Shown here: positions 12,809 through 25,806 of the stretch, piece by piece | How positions within the stretch are numbered: the first letter of the stretch is position 1 | How the letters are laid out: each line of letters starts with the position of its first letter | Source: the human T2T-CHM13v2.0 reference genome, Homo sapiens | Strand: one strand, 5' to 3' | DNA: 64,000 nucleotides | NCBI RefSeq assembly: GCF_009914755.1 | Contig: NC_060928.1 | The notes under the pieces: generated by a model | Database searches by the model: none | What the model was told of the DNA's origin: nothing | The model's input: the letters and a program-made list of their open reading frames with translations, nothing else | Made by a program: the position numbers and the translations under genes

Positions 12809-14103
12809 CCCTTCGCGATGCTCGCGTGAGTGTGTGTGTGAGTGTGTGAGTGCGCGCGCGCTCCGAGCACGACGTCCCTCCCCCGACCCCCTCCCGGCGC
12901 CCGGCGTCCGGCCTGCCGCTCCCGCTGCTGCGCGCCCCCCTTCCGAAGGCAAAGCAGGAGCCCGCCTTATTATCATAATGTATTCACCTTGGCCCAGCCC
13001 GCGGGCCGGCCCGGGGAACCCCCAAGGGAGGCGGGAAGCTTGGGTGGGAGCGGGGCAGGAGGTCTGTTATTAGCATAATATATGCAAATAGCTGGAGCGG
13101 CCACCGTGATTGGAGAGGAGCCTGGCGACCCCTCCCCCTGCGCGGAGTAACTTCAGCATCTCCGAGGGCCACCTCTCTGGCCTGGGCCGGGGCCGAAGCG
13201 GGGTCGGCTGCGCAAGAGGCGGCAACTTTGGCTTATACTGACTCAGCCCAGCGCCCCCTTTTTATCCCACATAAAAATGGAGAAATGGCCTCCGGGAGGA
13301 AGATGTGAAGCGGCACGCTCTATCTCTACTGATCTTCACTCAAAAGCAGCCGCAGGAGCTGTTGCTATCTCGCTGTGGTGCAGCGCTTTTCCCTCCTCCC
13401 TCACTTTCCCACATGCCCAGAGGCAAAGTGTCTGGCCGACGTCTGAGGTACATTTCCCCACTTCCCTTCTCTTCCCACTGCAGCCCTCAGATTGTCCAAC
13501 GAGGGGAAGTTTTCCTTCCCCTCCCCCAGTTTCCTTGTCTTGACGGCACTGAGTCTCCTCCCAGCTCTGTATTCCTAGTCTGTACTAGGGTGCTAATGTG
13601 TTTTCCTGATTCCCTGTTTTGCGGGATTGGAAAAGGGAGTGTTGAGGTATACACATTTCTCAGGATTTAGGAAAGGAATGAAGAATGAAGTCAGTTTTTC
13701 CTTTTACCTGACTCTTAATGCTGTTCTCTCTGGATCAAATTACAAGGTCTCTAATGGGATTTTGGAAAGTTGGTAACAAGTAGCATTTGACATCTAATTG
13801 ACTTTGGGGAAAACAGAAATCCCACCTCTTATTCCAAAGAGTTCCTTCTTATCTCCCTATAAAAAAAAAAACCATATATTTTTCCTATTCTCCTTAATTA
13901 AGCTAACCTGAAGTCGTTGCTTACTATTGTAAACAGTCAACAAAATACTTCACTAAGTTGGTCTTTCACATGTGTAAACGGATATTGCTAGGTGTGAAGC
14001 AAGGTAAGGAAATAACAGCATTAGAGGAAGAAAGAGACTAACATTGGAGGAAAACTCAATGAATTTGGCTATAAAGTCAAAACCATAATTCATTTGTATT
14101 ACA

Positions 14104-14311
14104 CAGTGGTTCTCAAAGGATGGTCCTAGACCAATAACATCAGCATCACCTGAGAACTTGGACATTAAAATTCTAGGTTCCTACCACAGATCTGAATCAG
14201 AAACTGCTACTACCACTACTGAAATAATAATTTTAAAAAAAACAGCAATCTGTGTTTTAACAAGCCCTCCAAATGATTTTGATATATACTACTAAAGTTT
14301 GAGAACCACTG
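14104..14311. mobile_element. MER5A hAT-Charlie MITE
   Basis: Perfect 14-bp TIRs CAGTGGTTCTCAAA/TTTGAGAACCACTG; 8-bp TSD gtattaca/gtataata. Confidence 0.9.
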
Positions 14312-14549
14312 GTATAATACTTTCCAAAATATTTTCAAATACTTTTTGTATTTGAACCTCATAACCCTGCGATGTGAGGATTTACTGTTCCTCTTTTAAA
14401 TATAAACAACGTTTTTAAATAAATTTTAAAACAGATAAATTTCAAGTCACATTTAATTGTGATTAAACATGTTTCCAATAACAGGACCCAAATAATGGGT
14501 ACAAATATTTTAATGTACAAACTCTTTCTGTAACCTCTAGCTGTTCCTT

Positions 14550-14950
14550 AGTCTCATTTGCAGGCTTTTCCTCTTTCATTTCTCTGAAAGTTGGTGCTCC
14601 TTGGGTCTCTGTCTATTCCATCTTCTCTGTATACTCTCTCCAGTAGAGTTCCCATTACACTGATGAGTCATAAATTCATATCAAAAGCCCAAACCTCTCT
14701 CCTGAACCTCAGATCCATATAGCCAGTTGCCTCTTTGTCATCTCCGTTTGGATGTCTCACTCTCATTTCCAATGTAACCTGCAGCTTACCTCCAAATTCT
14801 GTCTGCTTCCTCTGTTTCCCATCTCAGCCAATGGAGTTGCCATCCATCCAGTCTCCCCAAGCCAAAATACCCAGTTGCCGGCCCTGACTTCTCCCTTGCC
14901 CTCCTCTCCTCATCTATTTAGAGTCCTTCAATAATTCTGGTTGTCCTTAG
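14550..14950. mobile_element. L2 fragment (approximate)
   Basis: Pyrimidine-rich L2 motifs cccaaacctctctcctgaac, ttggatgtctca and catccatccagt. Confidence 0.65.
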
Positions 14951-15635
14951 GACAAAGATCTTACATCTTTCAACCCCCACAACAAAGCCCCCTGTCTACC
15001 ATCTCACTAGCCTCATTGCTCATTCTTCCTCTCAAACTCTCCACATCAGTTTCTCTGAAGTATGGAGACAATGAGAATAAAGAGCTTTTTCTTTTGGACA
15101 ACATACCACTCTTAAAATTTCAGTAGAAAAGCCATTTTCTGTCTTGACTGATGCCTACAGTAGGTTACACATTTAATTTGGATGATGCAATGTTCTTATA
15201 GCATGCTTTGTGTAAATTGGCCATGAGAAGGTACATTAACAACTCTGGCAAGCCTTCAGCACTATTAGATCTTAGTAGAGAGATAGAGTTGGAATTTTGT
15301 GGCTTTGAGATCTTTATCCAGAGGATTAGATTTGCTTTATGTCTTTGGTGGGCACAATACCTCAGAAATTTACCAGCCATTAGCGCTAAGATTTCAAAAC
15401 CTGGTAGACTCTCTGCATCAAGCACAGAGAACGTGTGGATCAACAAAGCTCTGAGGATTTGAACGCATGCTGTTCTGTAGATTGATCAAAGCATAGTTAT
15501 TTTGGTTCCCATGTGGAGGCTTCCAAAAAAGTAAAAATAGTACTAAAAATGCTATAGTCTAGCTGACTCCAATTTGCCTGACTAATATCAATGGTATTAA
15601 TAGTAAAATGCAAACAGCTGGCTATAGGACAGGTA

Positions 15636-16105
15636 TGCAGTGGGAAGAATAATGGACACCCAAAGATGTCCATGTCCTAATCTCCAAAACAGTGAATGTG
15701 TTACCTTGCATGCTGAAACAGATTGGCAGATATGATTCAGTTAAAGATCTGGAAGTGGGGAGATTTTCTTCAGTTATGTTGGTGGGCCCAGCGTAGCACA
15801 AGGGACCTTCTAAGTGGGAGGGAGGGTCTCAGAGTGAGAGGCAATGTAACAACAAAAGCAGAGGTGAGAGTGATGTGAATACTGGTGTAGAAGATGGAAG
15901 GGAGTCACAAATCAAGGAATATAAGCAACTTCCAGAAGTTGCAAAAGATGAGGAACAAGTTCTCCTCTACAGCCTAGAGAAAGAACACAGCCCTGCCAAC
16001 ACCTTGATTGTAGGACCTCTGGCTATCAGAACTATAATTAATGTTTGTATTGTTTTAAACCACTAATTTGTGATAATTTGTTACAAGAGCAAAGGAAACC
16101 AATAT
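15636..16105 (+). mobile_element. MLT1 (MLT1D-like) MaLR solo LTR
   Basis: gaataatgg...cccaaagatgtccatgtcctaatc start; agccctgccaacaccttgatt...aggaaaccaata end. Confidence 0.8.
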
Positions 16106-16477
16106 CATCGCAATCACAGGAAATCAATGTTCATCTGCTACAGCATAAGTGATATTGGAACCACCATAATGCCCTATAACTCAAGCAGGCCCTGTAGTAA
16201 CAAAGCCCTGTCTGTCAAATGTTTATACATTTCTATTTCATTGATATGCCCACTGGGAAAGGATCAGAGAGATATGCCCTCTCTCATGTCATGTAAAATT
16301 AGGATGCCCTTTATGAAGGCATATTAAACTGAATAAAATAATTTGTTTCCTTGATTCCTCCCATTAATGCAACTCAAAAACAATAAATCATCCAAGCTGT
16401 ACAGTCACTGTCATCTCTCCTCCCTACTAATGCTAGCCTAGCCAGGATCCTGACCCAGGACTCAGCATTGCTACTGC

Positions 16478-16782
16478 TTGTTTTGTTTATTTATTTATTT
16501 ATTTATTTTGAGAGTGCATCTCACTCTGTTGCCCAGGCTGGAGTCCAGTGGCATGGTCATGGCTCACTCCAGCCTGGACCACCTGGGTTCAAATGATCCT
16601 CCCACCTCAGCCTCCTGGGTAGCTGGGACCACAGGTAATCACCAGGCTAATTTTTTATTTTTTGTAGAGATAGGGTCTCACTGTGTTGTCCAGGCTGGCC
16701 TCGAACTCCTGGACTCAAGTGATCCTCCTGCCTTGGCTTTCCAAAGTGGTGGGATTACAGGCATAAGCCACTGCACCCAGCC
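16478..16782 (-). mobile_element. AluJ
   Basis: Reverse-oriented Alu dimer with (TTTA)n tail and J-type ctggactcaagtgatcctcc. Confidence 0.9.
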
Positions 16783-17296
16783 CACCACTAGTACTATTGT
16801 TACCAATCTCCATGCCAGAAAAAATGAAATAAAGACTAATGACAGAGAGGCACATCAGGAAGTTTAATAAAGAAAGCACCTGGAGAAAGAGCAAGAAAAG
16901 ATAAAGCAGAAAATTGAGACAGAAGAAAGGAGCTTTTTAAGTGGGTAAAAGTGTTCATTTTTAAAAAAGAAAAAGACATAATCCACTCCTGTATACCTCT
17001 AAGAGGCTAATCTTTAAAGGAGATAAAGCATAGAAGTGAGGAACTAACGTATATTAAAATTTCTGATGGTTTATGTGTATTTAGAAAGATTATCTGCCCA
17101 AAGTAAACAGCTGAGATAATCATGGTATGCTCTTTTTAGATATTAACTACATTGCAAAAAAAATTTTAGTTTCATTAGAAAATATATTTTAGCACCATTA
17201 GTTTTTGAGGCTTGGGTTTTTATAACCACAATTTTAACCTAAGTTCACCAACAAAGCTATCAAGCAGAAGCGAATGTATGAAGAGATTTGTGGCCA

Positions 17297-17611
<315 letters not shown>

Positions 17612-18769
17612 TGTGGCCATCTTTATATACCCACAACCACCAGTTACGTCCACTAAGTACCTTAATAAAGAAAATGGGAGAATACACTGTGTATAGTATT
17701 AAGCATGTTATTTTATATTCTTCAGATGGGAACGTGAGCTCATGGAAACATCTTTTAAGAAGACAAAGTTTCCTAAAGGGAATGGAGTAGGCAGCAAAGA
17801 GTTAAGTGAACTGAAACTTAAAAGATGCAGTTCTCCCACAGCCAGGCAAATTTCAATAAATCATAAACAAATTATAAATATCTTTAGGAGCAGAAGAGCA
17901 GAAAAGAAGGATTTGACTCTTAGTGACAGGCTGAAAAATTCTTTTTCAAACAGATCAAGGAACTGATCCCATTTATACAAGCCTGGTTAAGCAAGGGGCT
18001 TACAACTGTATGAATGCAATAATCTGGATAATACAAGCCCTCCAAAATATCAATCCTCTGTGCAGAGTCAGTTTTATGTTTGTTGTTTGTTCTTGTTTTG
18101 TTTTATTTGGAAGGAGGAGGTATTTTTTTTCTTCAAATCTTAAATAACAAGTTAATAGCCCCACTTAATGGGTTCTTCCCCAAAAGTCACCAATTATATT
18201 GCTAACTCAAACAAGAGGCAACTTTTCATTGAACTTCCAAATCAACTTTTTCTTATAATGCTACATACACTGAACATGTTCATATCATTGAGTCAGCTCG
18301 TGATTAAGAACACAGAACCCAAGCCCAGTCTGCCTGCATTCATTATCCAGCTCTGCCATTTAATAGCTGTGGGACATTGGGTAAATTACTTCACTTTTCT
18401 ATGCCTCATTTTTCTGGGCCGTATATAAAACAAGAATGATAATACTTAACCATTAGGATCTTTTGCTGGAGTGGTTTGTGAAGGCATTACAATGCCTGGT
18501 AGATATTAAGTGCAATATACATTTACCTCTTGTTGATGCTATTGTTATTATTTAAATAATATATATTTAAAGTGATTGATGCTATTTAAAGTGTCAGTTT
18601 ATTGACCCATAGACACTGAAAGGCAAGAACAATGTATACAATTATGCTATGGGGCAACGGTATATCCTAATCGTGATTTCAGTCCTAGTTCAGTTTACAA
18701 GTATAAAATAGCATCAGGGCAGCATTTCAGCTACTGGATGATTTGGAAAAGTCCCTACAACAGGCAACC

Positions 18770-19390
<621 letters not shown>

Positions 19391-19771
19391 GTGTATTTCA
19401 AAAACAGAGAAAACAATTTCATTTCACTTAGAGATGATGATTAACTAAGACACTTTTTATAAAGAAGAACAGAAAAGAGAATGTGATTCTATCAGATAGT
19501 AAAATATATTATAAAGGTATAGTAATTAACACAGTTTAGTATTGCTTCAGAGACAGAAATTAAACCAAAGAAGTAGAATAAAGCCCCACATATATATAAG
19601 TACTTAAAATGAGAATGAAATAACACTGCAGAGGGGTAAGGAAAAGGTGAACTTTTCAATCAATTTAGCTATAAATTCACACAGAAAAAAATGAAATTAA
19701 ATTTTTCTCCATAGAATTCACAAAAGTTAAAGGGAGGTGGTTTATAAACCTAAATATAAAAGGTGATAATA

Positions 19772-21922
19772 TGAGGGATCTTCAAAAAGTTCATTGGAGA
19801 TGCATGTTTTGAAAAAACTATGCATGGATTTCGAAATATTTTGCACCAAAATAAACTCATACTAGTTTGTTAGACCATATCTTAATAGGATCTAGTTTGA
19901 GGCATTAAGGATAAAACGTCAGTTTGAAAAAAGTCCGCATCAGAATAACAGGAGTTCTCCTAAAATTGAAGCAAGTAAAGATACCAAATTTATGAAATTT
20001 ATGGTGAAGCTAGGTGGAAGGATCGTGAAATCATTGATGTTTTACAAAAAGCTTAAGGAGACAGTGTCCACAAAGAAATCAGCAATTTGCAAATGGATAA
20101 CTCATTTTAAGAAGGGACAAGATGGTTTTGAAAATAAAGGTCCAATTTATCATCACAAATACTTCAATTTGTGAGTGTAAACCGAAAATTCTAAGTCCCC
20201 CATCCAACTGCATGGACCCCTCCTCTCAGCCAAGGGCATTCTAAGGTAAACCTGAAACACTAGTTCAGGCTATCCTGGGAATGGGTGGTCGGACATGCCT
20301 CATTATACCTTTCTCCCATTAAAATTCAGGCACAGCTGACCAGCATTAACATTAAAATGAGACCGTAAGACCGACAGAACAGTCTTTTTATAGCAAGAAG
20401 ATACCAACATGACAGATAGCAAGGCCTGTTAGAAACCAAAGTATTTTACCCCAAAATATGTTTCTTTGCCATTTCTTGAAACAGCCCTGCAAAGTTGTCT
20501 CTTGTGGGGCAAATCTACATTTTGTGTAGAGAATCCCCTTCCCTTTTCAGGCATTTTTCCTGATCCAGGAGAGAATCAACTGGGAGTTTGGAACTTTTTT
20601 AAGTCTGGAAAGAAACATTTGCAACCTGTTCTCTCTGAAGCCTACTGCCTGGAGGCTTCATCTGCATAATGGAAACCTTGGTCATCACAACCCCTTATCT
20701 TAGCCCAGGCATTCCTTTCTATTGATTCTAGGTCTTTAGACAGTAATTTAACTCTTTCAACCAATTGGCAGTCAGAAAATCATTGAATTCACCTATGACC
20801 TGGAAGCCCCTGCTTTGAGTTGTCCCACCTTTTCAGACCAAACCAATGTACATCTTACACGTATTGATTGATGTCTTACGTCTCCCTAAAGTGTATAAAT
20901 CTAAGCTGTAGCCTGATCATCTCAGGCACATGTTCTTAGGACTCCTTGGGAATGTGCCCCAGGCTATTAGTCGCTCATATTTGGTGCAGAATCAAACTCT
21001 TCTTATATTTTACAGAGTTTGACTCTTTTCATTGACATGAGAAAAAAATTAATGGTGTTCATCCCCTAATTGAAAAGGACCAACAATTAAGAACAGAGAC
21101 AATAGCCAACATCATAGACATTGCGATTGATTTGGCTTACACAATCTGACGGTAAAATTAAAGTTGAGAAAATTTTCCACTCAGTGAGTGCCAAAACCAC
21201 TGCACCCAGATTAGCTGCCAACAGTAGCAAAGCTTTCAATGAAAATGTTAAACAAGTGGGATCAAGATCCTGAAGCATTTCTTTGAAGAACTGTAACAGG
21301 AGATGAAACATGGCTTTACCGGTATGCTCCTGAAGACAAAGCACAATCAAAGCAATGGCTACCAAGAGGTGGACGTGGTCCAGTCAAAGCAAAAGCAGCC
21401 CAGTCAAAAGCAAAGGTCATGGCAACAATTTTTAGGGATGCTCAAGGCATTTTGCTTGTTGACTTTCTGAAGGGCCAAAGAATTATAATATCTGCTTATT
21501 ATGAGAATGTTTTGAGAAACTTAGCCAAAGCTTTAGCAGAAAGATGCCCAGGAAAGCTTCACCAGAGAGTTCTGCACCATGGCAATGCTCCCGTTTATTC
21601 TTTTCTCATTTAACAAGGGCAAATTGGGAAGAGTTTCTACAGTCCTGATTTGTCTCCTTCTGACTTCTCTTTGTTTCCTAATCTTTAAAAAATCTTTAAG
21701 GGACACTCATTTTTCTTTAGGTAATAATGTTAAAAAAGACTGCATTGACATGGTTAAATTCCCAAGACCCTCAGTTCTTTAGGAATGCACTAAAGAAAGG
21801 TCTGGATGATTGATGACAAAAGTGTCTAGAACTTGATGGAGCTTAATTTGAGAAATAAAGTTTATATTTTTTATTTTTACCTTTTAATTCCATTATTCCG
21901 TGAACTTTTTGAAGATCCCTTG
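19772..21922 (+). mobile_element. Full-length HSMAR2 mariner with dead transposase, split by a MER4 LTR
   Basis: 20-bp perfect TIR match AGGGATCTTCAAAAAGTTCA/TGAACTTTTTGAAGATCCCT; TA at the left end. Transposase motifs GDETW, HHGNA (D to G) and YSPDLSPSDF. Start codon mutated; stops and frameshifts present. Confidence 0.93.
20176..21037 (+). mobile_element. MER4-family (MER4D-like) ERV1 solo LTR
   Basis: TGTAAACC...GTTTGACTCTTTTCATTGACA termini; exact 4-bp TSD TGAG at 20172-20175 and 21038-21041. Confidence 0.88.
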
Positions 21923-24696
21923 CATAAAGCATTTAAAAGATAATAAAGGAGAATGTAATCATGACCTTGGATTGAGGCAGGGTTTTCTAAATAATATACG
22001 TAAAGAGCTAGCCACAGAGGAAATGATTGATAAATTGGAATATATTAAATCAAGATCTTCTGTTTATTAAAAAAACTTAAAATGATTGAAATACAAGACA
22101 AAGAATGAGAAAAGATATTTGCAAAATATAGAAATGAGAAAAGACTATTATCTAGAATGTATAAGAATTCTTGCAAATCAATGCGAAAAAGCATCAGACA
22201 ACCTAATAAAAAAAATTAGCAAAAGCTTAAATAAGCACTTTTATAAGTGAAAAATAAAAAACAGCCAATAAACATTTTTAACTTTTATTTTAAGTTCAGG
22301 GGTACATGTGCAGGTTTGTTACATAGGTAAACTATGTCACAGGAGTTTATTGTAAAGATTATCTCATCACCCAGGTATTAAGCCTAATGTCCATTAGTAT
22401 TTTTCCAAATCCTCTCCTCCATCCCACCCTCCACCCTCTAGTAGGCCTCAATGTGTGTTGTTCCACGCTATATGTCCTATACTCTCATTATTTAGCTCCC
22501 AGTTATGAGTGAGAACAGGCAGCATTTGATTTTTTGTTCCCATATTAGTTTACTAAGGTTAGGCATCCAACTCCATCCATGTCCCTGCAAAGGACATGAT
22601 CTCATTCTTTTTTGTGGCTGAATAGTATTCCATGGTGTATTTGTATCATGTTTTCTTTATCCAGTCTATCATTGATGGGCATTTAAGTTGATTCCATGTC
22701 TTTGCTATTGTGAATAGTGCTGCAATTAACATACACATGAATTTTTTTATAATAGAACAATATATATTTCTGTAGTTATATACCCAGTAATGGGATTACT
22801 CGGTCAAATGGTATTTCTGTCTTTAGGTGTTTGAGGAATCACCACACTGTCTCCCACAATGGTTGAACTAATTTACACTCCCAACAACAGTGTATTAATG
22901 TTCCTTTTTCTCCACAACCTTGGCTGTGATAGCCACAGGAGATAGACAAATTTCTAGGCAGACAGGATGGGTCCTTGGTGAAACTCAACCTTCAAGCCAA
23001 AGACAGTCTAAAGCCTGAAAACTGAGCTACTAATTCAGGATAGAAGCCACAGATCTGAGTGAGAACTTCCATCCCCACCTTATCCACTGTCTCTCAATAG
23101 GTTCTTTCTGAATGATGCCTTTTAACCAATTGAATGGTGTCTTTTCCAAGCCCACCCATAAACCAATCAGCACACGTTCCCCTATTCTAAGCCCATAAAA
23201 ACCCTGGACTCAGCCTCACTGATGGCAGTCTACTTTTGGGTCCCCTCTTGCTGAGGGCTTTCTTTCTGTCACTCAATAAAATTCAACTCTGCCTTACTCA
23301 CTCTCCAATGTCCATGTACCTCACTCCTCTTGGTCATTAGACAAGAACTCAGAACTCACCAAACTGCAGGAGTGAAAGAGCAGTAACGCTCCCTCCCACT
23401 CGCTGAACTACGGGAGTAAAGAAGTTGATTGGTGCCACTCTCTCCCTCTCGCCAAACTACAGGAGTGAAGAAGCCACTGGGAGCCACTCCCTCTCACTCA
23501 CCGAACTATGGGAGTAAAGAAGCTGCAACATTTCTGGAGGCTCGTCCAGGTCTTCAGAAGGGTGAGTAAGAGCAGACCTGTGACCCTTTACTTTCATTTC
23601 TGAGGACTCTCATCCTCACTTTTTTTTCGAAAACAGATAAAACACCAAGTCTCTGTTAGACAGTTAAGGGTGAATAGACCAACTGCCAATCTACAAGACT
23701 CAGAGGACAGACTTGCTCGGGAGGACATTGTCAGTCCCCCTTCATCCTTGGGTGTTGGGAATGTTGGCCTTGTTCCAATCCAGTTTCCTTTCCTGGAAGT
23801 CTAGCCATTACGTAGGTTGGAATAAAGTCCTGAACAACTGAAGGTATCTGGCCAAGGCACACTTTGGTGTTACCTGAAGACTCCTGGACCAGCTCCAATC
23901 CCCCACAGCCCATTCAGGTGCCAGGCCAAGGCTTTCAGTCCTTCCTATCTAATTTTCTTTCTTTCAAGAGTGTCCTGACTGCTATCCCCTATTTATAGAC
24001 AATGTTACCGGTGTTTTTGCAACGAAAAGAGATACTATTACTGGATAGAATGAGGACTTGGCTTAGTCATCAGGAGTGTAATCCAGAACAATGTTGCTTC
24101 TGTCTATTCTTAGAAATAGAGGGATGTAACAATTAAGAGAGTTTTCTTTCCCCTGTTGAAGAAACTCATTACCACAGAACAAGAGGCTATTTCCCCCAGC
24201 CACCTTCCCTCCTCTGCATTTAAATTGCTTTTTTCCACCCTGTCAGAGTCAACATAATCCTGCGAATACAAGGAGCTTTTCCATGCAAGGGATTAATGTT
24301 TTCCTTTTGGGAGGCATCTTATTAGGCCAGGTCCCCAATTCCCAGGATTCCCTTTCTTTCCTTTGTTTGAGGAGGATCTGGTTCCACACCTTCACCTTAG
24401 TATTACTCCATTGTATTTTCCAAGCTTCGATTTGGAGCCCTATAAAGAAAACTAGATTTGAGGGACCAAGAGGCAGTCAACAGCAAAAGGCTAGGGCACA
24501 GCACAGGTAAGAATGACTATCCCTGCCAATTAGGCCTTCCCACTTCATGGGTGGAGGTGATGTTCATATCCATGATGTAGACACCACCAGCCCATCCATG
24601 GCACCAGTACTAGGTGCTGAGATTCAGGGGGTGACTCAAATTCAAGAGGATAGAGAAGAGTCTAAAGGATACCTTTTCTCCCCTCTCTCTTTTCAG

Positions 24697-25806
24697 ATGG
24701 GTAACAAACTATTTTCAGCCTGCACTCCTCTAGAGTGCATCCTGAATCACTGGGAATCCTTTGACCTGCAGATTCTGAAGAGAAAATGCTGTATATTCCT
24801 TTGCACAAGGGCTTGGCCAGGTTATAAGCAGCAGGATGGAGAAGCCTGGCCTCTGGAGGGAAGTATCAACTTTAATGCTAACCTGCAGCTGGACCGTTTC
24901 TGTAAACATGGAGGCAAATGGTCTGAGGTCTCATACATGCAGGTTTTCTTTGCCTTGCAGGATAATCTGGACCTTTGCTGATATTGTAGGATAGATCCAG
25001 CCTGCCTAGCAGTCATCTCAGGAGAGGCTGCAAAGGACAGTCCCAGGGAAGTAAACCCCAGGGAAGTAAATTCCAGGGAAGTAAACCCCAGAGGTGCCTC
25101 CAGCAGGGGGATCAGACCCCTCCAGTCCTACTCCTGGTCCATCATGTCCTCCCTATCCAGGTTCTCTCTCAAGCTTGTCCTCTCCTAGGAATCCTCGTTT
25201 CAGGCAGGTCCCAGCCTCACTCATGGCCCTACAAGAGATGCCTTGTGAATATGGCCCCATTAAGGTATAGACGTGTTTACTCATGTCTTTTTTCTACAGG
25301 ACTTAAGACAAATTAGGGGGGATCTTGGTAAGTTTTCAGATGACCCTGAAGGGTATACAGAGGCTTTCCAGAATTTAAACCAAGTATTTGAACTCTCCTG
25401 GAAGGATGTTATGTTACTTTTGAATCAAACTTTGACTACCACTGAGAAGCAAACAGCCCTGCAAGCAGCAGAGAAGTTTGTGGATGAGCTTTGTATCTCA
25501 TACAGTGCCAAGAAAGGGAGAGGATATGCAAGAAAAAGACAGAAAAATCTATTGGCCACCCTGCAGGCTTACAAACCCCAGAATCCCAAAGATGCACCTG
25601 TTAACTGCGACAAATGTGGCAAACCAGGGAATGTTAAAAACGACTGCCCAGGCAGCATGAGGAAGCCAGCTCGACCCTGTCCAATCTGTGGTGGGGACCA
25701 CTGGAGGGTGGACTGTCCCCAGAGATGCAGGTCACTGGGTCCAAAGCCAGTCTCACAAGTGTCTAACAGGATTGATGGGCCCCAGGGCTCCTGTCCCTGG
25801 CTCTGA
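24697..25806 (+). pseudogene. Disrupted gag (MA, partial CA, NC zinc knuckles)
   Basis: [19 protein letters not shown]...[33 protein letters not shown] and CPICGGDHWRVDC. Stop at 24979 and an internal CA deletion. Confidence 0.88.

Larger units (their letters stand above)
11900..13260. promoter_or_regulatory. CpG island / COL25A1 promoter, probably bidirectional
   Basis: Abrupt rise in GC and CpG density against the AT-rich, CpG-poor flanks; spans exons 1-2 and upstream sequence. Confidence 0.92.
19400..22265 (+). mobile_element. Old L1M ORF2 remnant hosting HSMAR2; resumes at about 31110-31345
   Basis: A-rich L1 ORF2-like sequence is continuous across the HSMAR2 and across the L1PA/ERV block. 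Confidence 0.6.

Noticed and set aside
11916-13172. Several 60-218 aa ORFs on both strands across the CpG island
   Set aside because: Expected from stop-codon scarcity in GC-rich DNA; Arg/Pro/Gly/Ala-biased, no recognisable domain, and they overlap COL25A1 exons and promoter.
13152-13172. ttcagcatctccgagggccac resembling a REST/RE1 site
   Set aside because: Only the first 7 nt match; the GGACAG half-site is missing.
23355-25090. Spaced repeats superficially like a CRISPR array
   Set aside because: Eukaryotic context; these are LTR and gag tandem units without unique spacers or cas genes.
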